A DNA stretch of 63,858 nt, the filler included. It is 5 parts of 5 records of this genome, joined end to end, with 100 filler letters (N's around TTAATTAATTAA, not from the genome) between each part and the next. Parts side by side here need not be neighbours in the genome. Positions count along the whole stretch, not along the records: positions 13,549 to 40,693 come from DRR723986_8680; 4 more parts are not named here. One strand, given 5' to 3'. The notes beneath the pieces are model-generated. The model was not told the DNA's origin. It made no database searches and was given only the letters and a program-made list of their open reading frames with translations. Numbering within the stretch: the stretch's first letter is position 1; every line of letters starts with the position of its first letter. Shown one piece after another: positions 22,087-32,168 of the stretch. A program made the position numbers and the translations under genes.

Positions 22087-24639
22087 TTAAGATCCGTAGC
22101 CAACAACGGTGTTAACAAAGTCGGCGAGCACGTCATCCAATTTATCGATGTCTTTCCCGCCGGCCGTTGCCATGTGCGGTTTACCGCCGCCGCCGCCGCC
22201 AAGTGCGCGTGCCACAAGCCCAACCAGTTTGCCGGCCGGGTATTGTTTTTTGAGGTCGTCAGTCACAACACACACCAGCTGCGCCTTGCCGTCGATTGCC
22301 AGGGCCAGCAGGCCGATGCCTTGTGTACCGAGAGCCGCGCGCAGCTCATCACCCAGGTTTTTAAGCTGGTCCATTGAATCCGTTTCAACGCGCTGCGCCA
22401 CGATGCGAATCTCGCCATGCAGTTTGGCTTGTTTAACAAAGTCTTCAACTCCACCGGCGAGTTCAGCGGCGCGGTGTTTGTCGATGTCTTTCTGCAGCTC
22501 CTTGACTTTGGACTGCAGCTCTTCGATCGTTTGTTTCTCACGGCGCAGGTTGGCTTCCATGCTGTCAATCCAGCGCTGCACGCCAATGCCGCTGACGGCT
22601 TCGATGCGGCGCACGCCGGAGGCGATTGAGCTTTCGCTCGTAATCTTAAACAAACCGATTTCGCTGGTATTGGAGACGTGTGTACCGCCACAGAACTCAA
22701 CGGAATAGCTGCCGTCCATAATCACAACACGCACACGATCGCCGTATTTGTCACCGAAGAACATGCGCACGCCCGGCACTTCGCGGGCCTCATCGATTGG
22801 CAGGTCTCTGGTTTCGACTGTGATGAATTCGCGGATTTTGGCGTTGACCATTGTCTCAATGGCTTGCAGCTCTGCGGCTTTCGGTTTTTCGAAGTGTGGG
22901 AAGTCAAAACGCAGGTAGTCGGGATGAACCAGCGAACCTTCCTGTTTAATATGTTCGCCCAAAACACGGCGCAGCGCTTCGTGCAGAATGTGCGTTACGG
23001 AGTGGTTCGCGCGAATCATGGAGCGGCGTTCGTGGTCGACGCGTGCCAGCGCGGTGCTACCTACCAACGGCTCAACTTCACCATCCAAAATGTGGACGAT
23101 AGCATCGCCGGATTTGCGCACGTCAACAACATTGTAGTCGGCGCCGCCAATTGTTAACACACCGGTATCGGAAACCTGACCGCCGGACTCGGCATAAAAT
23201 GGCGTCTGCGCCAGCACTACGCGATTGTCTTCGGCATACAGGACTTCGGACTCGCCGCTCTCGTGCTCGTAGCCGGTAAACTCGGTGGCAACGTCAAGTA
23301 CGGGAACATCTACTTCCTGATGATGTACTTTGCGGGCATCACGACTGCGTGACTTCTGGCGCTGCATGTGCTCATCAAAACCTTTCTGATCAACTTCAAT
23401 GCCGCGTTCACGGGCGATCAATTCGGTTAAGTCAAATGGGAAACCAAATGTGTCATATAACTGGAATACGTCAGCGCCGGGAATGCAAAGCGTCGCGCCT
23501 TCGGCAGCTTGCATGTCCTTAACAATTTCGTCGAAGCGTTCCAGCCCGCGCTCCAGCGTCTGCAGGAAACTATCTTCTTCACTGCGGACAACACGTTCGA
23601 TCATATCGCGCTGCTGCACCAGTTCCGGGAACATCTCGCCCATTTGTTCGGCGAGGACGGCGACAAGTTTATAGAGCAGCGGTTCGTTAAAACCCAGGTT
23701 GCGCGCATACCGTGCGGCGCGGCGCAGGATGCGGCGCAGCACATAACCGCGACCGGTATTGCCGGGCAGAGCGCCGTCGGCAATTGCAAAAGATAAGGTG
23801 CGGATGTGATCCGCAATGACGCGCATGGCGGTGCTGTCAGGATCTGTTAAGTCCTTAACATATTTGCGGCCGCTCATCGTACTGATTCTATCCAGCAGCG
23901 GTTTGAAGATGTCAGTGTCGTAGTTCGAGTCCTGGCCCTGCATGATGGCGCAGATACGCTCAAAACCCATGCCTGTATCGACGTGGCGGTTTTCGAGCGG
24001 CAGCAGTTCACCATCGGGCTGACGATTAAACTGCATAAATACCAGATTCCAGATTTCGATGACTTCCTGCACGCCGGCGTTAACCAGCGGACCACCGCTC
24101 AGGTCGGGCGTGCGATCGAAATGGATTTCACTGCAGGGGCCGCAGGGACCGGTAGCACCCATTTCCCAAAAGTTATCTTTGGCATCACAGCGGTGAATGC
24201 GCGATTCCGGTAGATAGTTTTTCCAGATTTCATAGGACTCGTCGTCCGTCTCAAACACGGTGGCGTGGATTCGCTCCACCGGCAATTTCCAGACGTCGAT
24301 CATCAGTTCCCAGGCCCAGGCAATTGCATCCTTTTTGTAGTAATCACCAAAGGACCAGGTGCCGAGCATCTCAAAGAAGGTGTGGTGGTACGTGTCGCGC
24401 CCCACATCTTCCAGGTCATTGTGTTTACCGCTGGCGCGAATGCATTTTTGTGTATCCACGGCGCGTGAGTATGGACGTGTACCGGTTGCCAGGAAGACGT
24501 CCTTAAACTGATTCATCCCCGCATTGGTAAACAGGAGTGTGGGATCGCCGTGTGGAATCACGGGCGCACTGGGCACGTGGCGGTGCTGCTTTTTCTCAAA
24601 GAACTCAATAAATGAGGTACGGACGTCTGAAGAATTCAT
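22087..24639 (-). CDS. alaS: Alanine--tRNA ligase
   Basis: FTNAGMNQFK, HHTFFEMLG, DTGMGFER, CGGTH and GGGGGKP motifs. Confidence 0.97.
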   Translation of the reverse strand: MNSSDVRTSFIEFFEKKQHRHVPSAPVIPHGDPTLLFTNAGMNQFKDVFLATGTRPYSRAVDTQKCIRASGKHNDLEDVGRDTYHHTFFEMLGTWSFGDYYKKDAIAWAWELMIDVWKLPVERIHATVFETDDESYEIWKNYLPESRIHRCDAKDNFWEMGATGPCGPCSEIHFDRTPDLSGGPLVNAGVQEVIEIWNLVFMQFNRQPDGELLPLENRHVDTGMGFERICAIMQGQDSNYDTDIFKPLLDRISTMSGRKYVKDLTDPDSTAMRVIADHIRTLSFAIADGALPGNTGRGYVLRRILRRAARYARNLGFNEPLLYKLVAVLAEQMGEMFPELVQQRDMIERVVRSEEDSFLQTLERGLERFDEIVKDMQAAEGATLCIPGADVFQLYDTFGFPFDLTELIARERGIEVDQKGFDEHMQRQKSRSRDARKVHHQEVDVPVLDVATEFTGYEHESGESEVLYAEDNRVVLAQTPFYAESGGQVSDTGVLTIGGADYNVVDVRKSGDAIVHILDGEVEPLVGSTALARVDHERRSMIRANHSVTHILHEALRRVLGEHIKQEGSLVHPDYLRFDFPHFEKPKAAELQAIETMVNAKIREFITVETRDLPIDEAREVPGVRMFFGDKYGDRVRVVIMDGSYSVEFCGGTHVSNTSEIGLFKITSESSIASGVRRIEAVSGIGVQRWIDSMEANLRREKQTIEELQSKVKELQKDIDKHRAAELAGGVEDFVKQAKLHGEIRIVAQRVETDSMDQLKNLGDELRAALGTQGIGLLALAIDGKAQLVCVVTDDLKKQYPAGKLVGLVARALGGGGGGKPHMATAGGKDIDKLDDVLADFVNTVVGYGS

Positions 24640-24758
24640 AACAGTCTATCGTATTTAATGTTAAATATCTACAATTCAAAAAGACTTGAGGGCTCAGGGG
24701 ATTGCGGCTTGTGATTCAGTGGCTAACAAAAAGCTCATCCTGATCAGCCCCATCTTCG

Positions 24759-26231
24759 TCAGCCCAGGCGGCCCCGTGTCACCCAGGCACTGTTAGTTGA
24801 GAATTTGGGTTTACGACCATTTCCAACGGACTCACGCGCCTGAACTCCCGCGGCTCCAACCACATGTTTAACATCTTCAGGCAGCTTGGCATTCCAGTGC
24901 TTTTGCACGTAAAACGTCGAGTAACTACCATCGATAAACGTTGCATTATCAAACACGTCACGACAGAACGGCACGGTTGTGTTTAAGCCACAGAGATGAT
25001 AACGGTCCAGCGCGTCTTTGCTGCGTTCAATGGCCTGCGCACGATCTTCGCCCCACACCACCAGTTTGGCAACCATCGGGTCGTAGTGCAAACTGCTTTC
25101 GTAGCCGGCGTACAATCCGGATTCGTGACGGATATATTCAGCTTGCGGCAGGTCCAGAAATTCAACGGTGCCGGCGTCGGGGAAAAAGTCGTTGTACACA
25201 TCTTCGACGCAGATGCGACATTCAATTGCGTGACCGTTAACAGCCACGTCGGCTTGTTTAAGTTCCAGGCTTTGACCTTCGGCGATGCGCAGCTGTTGTT
25301 CAACAAGGTCAACACCACTTACCATTTCCGTCACCGGATGTTCAACCTGCAGGCGCGTGTTAACTTCCATGAAATAGAAGGCGCCGGAAGCATCCAGCAA
25401 AAATTCGACGGTGCCGGCGTTGGTGTATTTGGCTGCGGCGACGAGGCGCGCAGCTGCCTGCCCCATTGCATCGCGTATCTCCGGTGTGACGGCCATTGAG
25501 GGCGACTCTTCAATCACCTTTTGATGGCGGCGCTGGATGGAACATTCGCGCTCGGGGAAGTAGAGTACGTTGCCCTGTTCATCGGCCAGAATTTGCAGCT
25601 CGATGTGTTTGGGGTCAACGATGAATTTTTCGATAAAGACGCGCTCGTCATTAAATGCCGTGGCGGCTTCCCCCTGGGCGCCTTTGAAGGCGGCGGGCAG
25701 GTCTTCGGCGGCATAGACTTCGCGCATGCCTTTGCCACCACCACCAGCGGCGGCTTTGAGGAGTACCGGGAATCCAATTTTGGCAGCAATTTGTTCGGCT
25801 TCGGCGAGGGATTCGACGGCACCGGTGGAGCCGGGAGCAAATGCGACGTCGGCTTTGGAGGCCAGGGCACGAGCTGCGGTTTTATCGCCCAGTAGAGTAA
25901 TTGCTTCGGGTGTCGGCCCAACCCAGATGAGTCCGGCGTCAATAGCGGCCCGTGCAAATTCCGCGTTTTCGGCAAGGAATCCGTAGCCGGGATGGACGGC
26001 ATCGGCGCCGCTGTCGGCCGCGGCATTGAGAATTTTTGGTATCTGCAGATAGGATTCGCGCGGTGTGACACCACCGATCGCGATTGCCTCGTCGGCTTCA
26101 CGCACGTGCAGCGAATCTTTGTCGGCTTCAGAGAAGACGGCGACGGTCGCCACGCCCAGGCGGCGACAGGTTTGGATAATTCGCAGGGCGATTTCGCCAC
26201 GATTGGCGACGAGCAGCTTTTTGATTTTCAT
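24759..26231 (-). CDS. accC: Biotin carboxylase subunit of acetyl/propionyl-CoA carboxylase
   Basis: ANRGEIA, HPGYGFLAEN, GGGGKGM, ECSIQRRHQK and EVNTRLQVEH motifs. Confidence 0.9.
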   Translation of the reverse strand: MKIKKLLVANRGEIALRIIQTCRRLGVATVAVFSEADKDSLHVREADEAIAIGGVTPRESYLQIPKILNAAADSGADAVHPGYGFLAENAEFARAAIDAGLIWVGPTPEAITLLGDKTAARALASKADVAFAPGSTGAVESLAEAEQIAAKIGFPVLLKAAAGGGGKGMREVYAAEDLPAAFKGAQGEAATAFNDERVFIEKFIVDPKHIELQILADEQGNVLYFPERECSIQRRHQKVIEESPSMAVTPEIRDAMGQAAARLVAAAKYTNAGTVEFLLDASGAFYFMEVNTRLQVEHPVTEMVSGVDLVEQQLRIAEGQSLELKQADVAVNGHAIECRICVEDVYNDFFPDAGTVEFLDLPQAEYIRHESGLYAGYESSLHYDPMVAKLVVWGEDRAQAIERSKDALDRYHLCGLNTTVPFCRDVFDNATFIDGSYSTFYVQKHWNAKLPEDVKHVVGAAGVQARESVGNGRKPKFSTNSAWVTRGRLG

Positions 26232-26599
26232 CCCGGGAGCCTGGTAGTTCGACGAAGCTTTTTCTACAGACCCGCAAATTACAAAATTTGTGTGGGCGAG
26301 CCGCGAGGATTCGATACATACACAGGCATTAATCTGAGGAGCGATGGGTAGAACAGGGTGTGCGGAATGTAAAGGTTTTATGTATGGACCTCAGCAAGTT
26401 TTTTGGTTTTGAGAACCAGAAACAGTGGCAGATTGTGTAACCGCACGACTTAGCTAGTGTTTCGGTTTTGTGGCAGCAACTCGCCCGATTGAACTTGGAG
26501 CTACCCACTCCGCATTATATAGCCACGCCAATATTAATTTACAGAGCTTAAGTCGATCACATCGGTGCAGAGCTCACTACAACTCTGGGAAGACAAATT

Positions 26600-28876
26600 A
26601 TGAGTAAGCTAAGCGCGACTTGCACTTTGGCTCTATGCCTTTTGTTTGCGATGACCGATCTTGAGGCCTTTGGCGAAGGTTATGTACATGGAATTGAATT
26701 TAGCAGCATTGGAGGCTTTGATTTTTGGCGAGTTAACATTGCAACTGGTGAATTCGAATCTGTCGCAAATTTTAATCACGGGTTTTCTAATTCAAGCGGG
26801 CTGATTGACAGTAAAAATGATGTCTATTGCATGTTTGCATCTGCCCCTGGTGGATACAACCTGCGGACCTATGACCTTGAAACGGGTCAATTAAAAAATG
26901 ACTTCCCGGACAAGCTGCCACAATTTTGGATCGCTCATTTCAATCCAGCTGACGGGCTGATCTACGCGATGTCTCGCGATTTTGATACAGATGAGATGAG
27001 CCTATTTTCAGTTAACGCAGCCGACGGTAGTTCTCACCTGCTGGGCACCTCCGTGTTAAATTGGGTTGGCAACAACTGCAGGACGTTTCTGGATTATATT
27101 AATCATCATCTATACATTCGTACTATTCACAACCACTACGCCGTCATTAATTTGACGGACGGACAGCTGGTGGAACACTCGACTCTGGCTGAGTCTGTAA
27201 CCGGGCCAGTCTATGAAGCCGAATCAAATTCGATCATTGGCGTCAGAGTCAATGACAATGGTCAATCCGACTTAGTACAAGTTTCAATAGATTCCCGCAA
27301 ACTTGTCGTGCTCAAGAAGAATCTTGCGACGAGCGTTCAAGGAGGAACATGTTCGGCTGCGTTCGATCCTGTCGGACGCCATTATATGTTTCTCGGGGCC
27401 GAAGGAGTGCTACAAATATTTGACATTAATGGTGAACTACTTCACAACGTACCCAACTCCACACCGGGAGCGCGCATACAACTTCAGCCGTACAATCCCT
27501 TTTACGGCACTCAAGATTTTGCAATCATAAGGGGTAGTGTACAAGGTGATCTTGCCAAGGACTGTTTACCAGGCGAAAAAGATGCTAAGTTAACACGACA
27601 TCCCGTGCTTGTACAACCGATCAATCGCCTTGCCTATACCCAACCGGACGGCAGCTTTACCTTGCGCCTGCCGGAAGGCAATTACACAATTGATGTCACA
27701 CCCAACGAACTATGGAATAACAGTTGCGCGCAAAATCCATCGAAATTTGTTGTTAACGATAGGCATGACCAGATCGATGGATTAGACTTTCAACTGGAGC
27801 CGCTAGAGTTGGTTCGAGATTTAGAAGTATCGATTAGCTCTTCTCGCCCTTTTGTAGGCAGGGAGTTGGTCTACTTTATTCAATACAAAAATTCTGGAAC
27901 AGTGCCATTTAGCGGCACACTGGTATTTGAGCATGATCCAGTTGTTGGGGACTTGGAGGCAAGTACCGAACCAACAAGCAGTTCTGCGAATCGTGTAGAA
28001 TGGGACTTACGCGGAATTCCGGTTGGAGCAATCAAAACCATCCGGATTTTGATGCGTGTTCCAGCTGAAGAAGAATTGCGTGGAACGCAAATATGCGCCA
28101 CGACATATGTAGAAGATGCACCAGAAGTCAGTGAGTTGTTGCGTCAGCACAATCGAGCTGAAACCTGCACCGAAATTGCAGCACCACTCGACCCGAACGA
28201 TATTAAGGTTCACCCGCATGGACTTGGCGAAAGTGGCCGCATTGATGGTGACGTGGCAACTTTGACTTATACAATTCGATTCCAGAATATCGGCAATGCA
28301 CCTGCACATGACGTTGTGATTCTTGACACCCTGGATAGCGATCTGGATATTAACACTATTAAGTTTGGTGCCTCTTCGCATGATTATTCGGTCAACCTTT
28401 ACAATGGCAACATTATAGAATTTCGCTTCGAGGAAATTCACTTGCCTGGCAAGGAACAAAATGAACCACAGAGCCACGGCCTGGTCAAGTTTCGCATAGA
28501 CTTAAACAAAAGCCTACCGGTCGATACTGAGATCATCAATAGCGCAGCAATATATTTCGACTTCAATAAACCTGTCATCACTAACACGGTTGTCAATACG
28601 ATTGGTGAGGCGGTTACAGGCATTGAAGAATTGCACGATGATGAAATTGTTGAGCTTCGTCCACTGGGCAACAATCGGTTTGTTTTACTACGGACAGATC
28701 AGCAGGCAGCGCGTCTGACACTTTATTCTCTATTGGGTGTAGCTCTTCAAACGCGAGACCTTCACAAAGAGAGTCAACTCGTCATTGATTTACGTGACCA
28801 ACCCAGTGGCCGCTATTTCTTACAGCTTAAGAGCGGCACCAGCACTATTGTTAAACCCATGATGGTTACACACTAA
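26600..28876 (+). CDS. Secreted protein: beta-propeller-like N-terminus, Ig-like/DUF7619-type domains, T9SS-type C-terminal sorting domain
   Basis: Signal peptide. DPND.K...YTIRFQNIG..A..V.I.DTL...AAIYFDFN.PVITN. C-terminal YSLLG...IDL...PSGRYFLQL. Confidence 0.8.
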   Translation: MSKLSATCTLALCLLFAMTDLEAFGEGYVHGIEFSSIGGFDFWRVNIATGEFESVANFNHGFSNSSGLIDSKNDVYCMFASAPGGYNLRTYDLETGQLKNDFPDKLPQFWIAHFNPADGLIYAMSRDFDTDEMSLFSVNAADGSSHLLGTSVLNWVGNNCRTFLDYINHHLYIRTIHNHYAVINLTDGQLVEHSTLAESVTGPVYEAESNSIIGVRVNDNGQSDLVQVSIDSRKLVVLKKNLATSVQGGTCSAAFDPVGRHYMFLGAEGVLQIFDINGELLHNVPNSTPGARIQLQPYNPFYGTQDFAIIRGSVQGDLAKDCLPGEKDAKLTRHPVLVQPINRLAYTQPDGSFTLRLPEGNYTIDVTPNELWNNSCAQNPSKFVVNDRHDQIDGLDFQLEPLELVRDLEVSISSSRPFVGRELVYFIQYKNSGTVPFSGTLVFEHDPVVGDLEASTEPTSSSANRVEWDLRGIPVGAIKTIRILMRVPAEEELRGTQICATTYVEDAPEVSELLRQHNRAETCTEIAAPLDPNDIKVHPHGLGESGRIDGDVATLTYTIRFQNIGNAPAHDVVILDTLDSDLDINTIKFGASSHDYSVNLYNGNIIEFRFEEIHLPGKEQNEPQSHGLVKFRIDLNKSLPVDTEIINSAAIYFDFNKPVITNTVVNTIGEAVTGIEELHDDEIVELRPLGNNRFVLLRTDQQAARLTLYSLLGVALQTRDLHKESQLVIDLRDQPSGRYFLQLKSGTSTIVKPMMVTH

Positions 28877-29217
28877 TTGCTGACGGCAGCTTACAATAGA
28901 CACTTTTCGCAGACTGCACTATACACAGGGTTCGCAAAGTCGGACCCTGTGTGCTTACTTCTGTCTATACGGGTAGAAACGGTGTTTGCGCCATTAGTTG
29001 AACAGACGACATTTGATTGAGGGCTGAGAGTCTTGAACTTCGGACCTGAGAGTTGAGTCGGCACTTGGGCCAACCGACCTCCCCTTTGCGCCAATCGCAC
29101 ATGCTACGTTTTTAGGCATATTCGAGTGTAATTCAGGACACCTACCTGCCCAAAAACAACAATCGACGCTAGCGGGAGTCCGGTAGCGCCGATACTCAAA
29201 ACTTCACAAAGCACTAT

Positions 29218-31584
29218 TTAGTTTAACTGGTTGTTACGCGGAAAGCGCTGCGACAACGCTCCGGCCTGCGGCAGTTCAAACACCGTCGACGTCTCAACTC
29301 CAGCGTCAATCTGGAAACGCCCCAGCTGATTCTGCAAATTCTCGGTGAGCGTCGTAAACTGCTCGGCGGCCTGCGCAATGTCAGTCGTGTTTTGCGCCGA
29401 TTCGCTTGTAACGCTAGAAATCGCCTCAACACTCTGCGCTATAAACTCACTGGCAGTTGTCTGCTCCTCACTCGCCTTGGCAATCTGGCGGATCATCTCA
29501 ACAACCGAGCCAACTTCGGTCACAATGCTATCCAAAGCCTCTCCCGCCTGATCCGCCAGCTGCAATCCCTCGGACACTTCATTGGTGCCCACATGCATCG
29601 ACTCAACAGCGGCTGTCGTTTCCGTTTGAATCGAACGGATCATCTCGTCAATTTCTTTTGTCGCCGTTGTAGTCCGCTCCGCCAGCTTGCGCACTTCGTC
29701 AGCTACAACTGCAAAACCGCGTCCATGTTCGCCGGCACGTGCCGCTTCAATTGCAGCATTCAGGGCTAAAAGATTTGTCTGGTCGGCGATGTCACCAATT
29801 ACCGAGGCAATGTCGCCAATCGTGGAACTCGACTCTCCCAGTCGTTTAACTGTTTCGGCAGAACTGCCAACAACGCGCGCAATTTCACGCATTTTATCCA
29901 CTGTTTTTTCGACGACTTTGCCGCCCTCACGCGCCAGTGTGCCACTGTTAACGGCTGCGTCGGCCGTAGCAGCGGCATTTTGTGCATTCTGTGTTATCGT
30001 ACTGGAAATCTGCTCTACCGCTCCGGCAACTTCCACGGCCTGTTCAGACTGCTGCTGCGCGCCAATTGAGAGCTGCTCCGTAGCGCGGCTAATGTGTTCC
30101 GCCGCTACGGACGTTGACTCCACCGATTGCAAGACCTGCTTCATTACTTCGCGAATGGTGGACACCGCGCGGTTAAAACCTGTGTTTAACTGCCCAATTT
30201 CATCATCGCGTTGCACCGGAATGTGCAGCGTTAAGTCACCATCAGCAAACTTTTTCATCTCTACCAGCATCTGATCTACACTTTCAGTTAAGTAGTGCTG
30301 CTGGGCTTCCGACTCACTGACGGCCACTTCGACTTTGAACTCGACATTTTCTTTCTCTTGGCGCACTTCATCCGTGACTTTGGCAATATTGCGCACCATG
30401 CCGTTAAAACTATTTGCGAGGCTACCAATCTCATCGACTTTGTTAAGTTCCAGTTCTACGTCCATTGCCCCGTCGGCTACGCGGAGTGCGGCATCGTTAA
30501 CCGACTGTATCGGCCGCACAATCGCACGACGCACCAGCACAACACCCACAAAAACTGTTAATAATAAACCACCCAGGAGCAACGCGCCGGAGACCCACAA
30601 AAATTCGCGCGCGGCCGCCAGCAATTCTGCTTCCGGAACCGCCTGCACCTGCACCCAAAAGTTGTCAGCCTCACCCGTTTGCGGGTAAACAGGACCGTAG
30701 GCCAGCACCTGTCCATGCTTTACTACTACGCCGGAACCTCCGCTAAGGACGGAGTCTGCAAGCTCAGGGAAGTCGTCAACAAATGACTCACTATGGCCTA
30801 GCTCCTCGCCCCACTCCTTACTTTCGTCAACATGTGTTAAGTAGGTTCCGCTTGAGTTAAGCAGCATGCACACATGTGAATCATCATTCATATCGCGCAG
30901 TTCAGTTAAAAATGTCTCAGCGCCAAAATCTATCACGAGCACGCCACGCGCCGCGGCCGCTGCTGCATATACCGGGACGCTGTAGCGGATGACAGACTGT
31001 AGCGGCTTGACAATTCGGCCATCTTCATCACGATCCAACGTTAACTCTGTCGCATGGATTTCTCCTGCGCGCAGGCCGACAGTTTCTTTCAGAAAGTCTG
31101 CGGAGCGCCGGTTAACGCGTTCTTCAATTGGGGGAATGCTAATTTTTTGCCCAGGCAGATGATCAACTCTTACGGCTTCTGTACCGTCGGCCAACACATA
31201 ACGCACGCGCAGGTATTGCGGTCGTGCACGCAGCAGCCCACTAAATATCGTTGTTAAACGCTTTTGCCACAACTCAGTCGTACTGCCGTCGCGCGGATCG
31301 ACACCGGCATTGTCAAGCGCACGCAGCACTCCCTGGACCGGCGGAACTTCCACCAGAAACTTGAGGTCGTCACCCGCCAGTTTAAGCGTACTCTCTACGT
31401 CGGCGGCAACATTTTGCACCGTATTCATTAACTCCGCACGGCCACCATCTTCAAGTGCATCCGTCGTAGCATCCATTCCATGCCAGGAGTTTAGTACCGA
31501 CGCAGTTAACACCGCCAAAAATATTATTAGACCTACCTGATATTGCACTTTACTGCGCAGCAAATTTAGAGCTCTACTCAACAT
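29218..31584 (-). CDS. Methyl-accepting chemotaxis protein (Cache sensor, two HAMP domains)
   Basis: Two TM segments, DEIG HAMP motifs, [37 protein letters not shown]. Confidence 0.95.
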   Translation of the reverse strand: MLSRALNLLRSKVQYQVGLIIFLAVLTASVLNSWHGMDATTDALEDGGRAELMNTVQNVAADVESTLKLAGDDLKFLVEVPPVQGVLRALDNAGVDPRDGSTTELWQKRLTTIFSGLLRARPQYLRVRYVLADGTEAVRVDHLPGQKISIPPIEERVNRRSADFLKETVGLRAGEIHATELTLDRDEDGRIVKPLQSVIRYSVPVYAAAAAARGVLVIDFGAETFLTELRDMNDDSHVCMLLNSSGTYLTHVDESKEWGEELGHSESFVDDFPELADSVLSGGSGVVVKHGQVLAYGPVYPQTGEADNFWVQVQAVPEAELLAAAREFLWVSGALLLGGLLLTVFVGVVLVRRAIVRPIQSVNDAALRVADGAMDVELELNKVDEIGSLANSFNGMVRNIAKVTDEVRQEKENVEFKVEVAVSESEAQQHYLTESVDQMLVEMKKFADGDLTLHIPVQRDDEIGQLNTGFNRAVSTIREVMKQVLQSVESTSVAAEHISRATEQLSIGAQQQSEQAVEVAGAVEQISSTITQNAQNAAATADAAVNSGTLAREGGKVVEKTVDKMREIARVVGSSAETVKRLGESSSTIGDIASVIGDIADQTNLLALNAAIEAARAGEHGRGFAVVADEVRKLAERTTTATKEIDEMIRSIQTETTAAVESMHVGTNEVSEGLQLADQAGEALDSIVTEVGSVVEMIRQIAKASEEQTTASEFIAQSVEAISSVTSESAQNTTDIAQAAEQFTTLTENLQNQLGRFQIDAGVETSTVFELPQAGALSQRFPRNNQLN

Positions 31585-31994
31585 ATTAACACCCGATTTA
31601 CCGCTAACTTCTCACTACCACTCGACTACTTCATTCCGAATCAAACCCAAAGAAGCCCATCTGTGCCGCCGTTATGCCTGCCTGAGGATAATCTGCAGCA
31701 GCGCCCGAAATCGCTGAATTCACTTCTGGTTTCTCCGCGTTGAAATCTGTCACGATGGACATTGGCCTAGCAAACTACAGTACAATTGGATTAGTTCCCG
31801 GCGCACAGTATTTTCATAAATGCTTAACAACTGGCCTTCCAAATTCGAAACAAGGACACTCCCCTTTTCAGACCGCCGCGCTCCCTGCGGTAGCTAGCTT
31901 TTTCCTCTTGTTAAGCATTGATTCCTCAGCCACAGGCATTTTAGCCCGTCACCAGCCGCTCAGCGAATAGACTCAAAGACTGGAGAAACTTCAC

Positions 31995-32067
31995 TCAGCG
32001 ACAAACAAAAACAAACCCCAAGCCTGCGATGTCATCGAAGCCGCAGGCGTAGAGGCAGCGCAAAGCG
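31995..32067 (-). repeat. Dispersed ~75-nt intergenic element, copy C
   Basis: Minus strand CGCTTTGCGCTGCCTCT...TCGCAGGCT...TGTTTGTCGCTGA aligns with the copies at 40287 and 58508. Confidence 0.6.
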
Positions 32068-32090
32068 CCGCTGAGAATATTTAGCCTTTA

Positions 32091-32121
32091 AACAACAAGA
32101 GCCGGACAAATTGCCCGGCTC
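32091..32121 (-). terminator. Probable terminator after mutS2
   Basis: GAGCCGG-N9-CCGGCTC hairpin followed on the minus strand by TTGTTGTTT. Confidence 0.55.
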
Positions 32122-32168
32122 CTGGTCTCAATTGAGCTTGATATTTGTTAACACCTGCAAAGATCCGT

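Noticed and set aside
31995-32075. Possible c-di-GMP-I riboswitch (GACAAAC...GCGCAAAGC) near the MCP gene
   Set aside because: It is on the opposite strand to the MCP, lacks the GNRA-capped P2 and the P3 consensus, and is better explained as a copy of the dispersed element.
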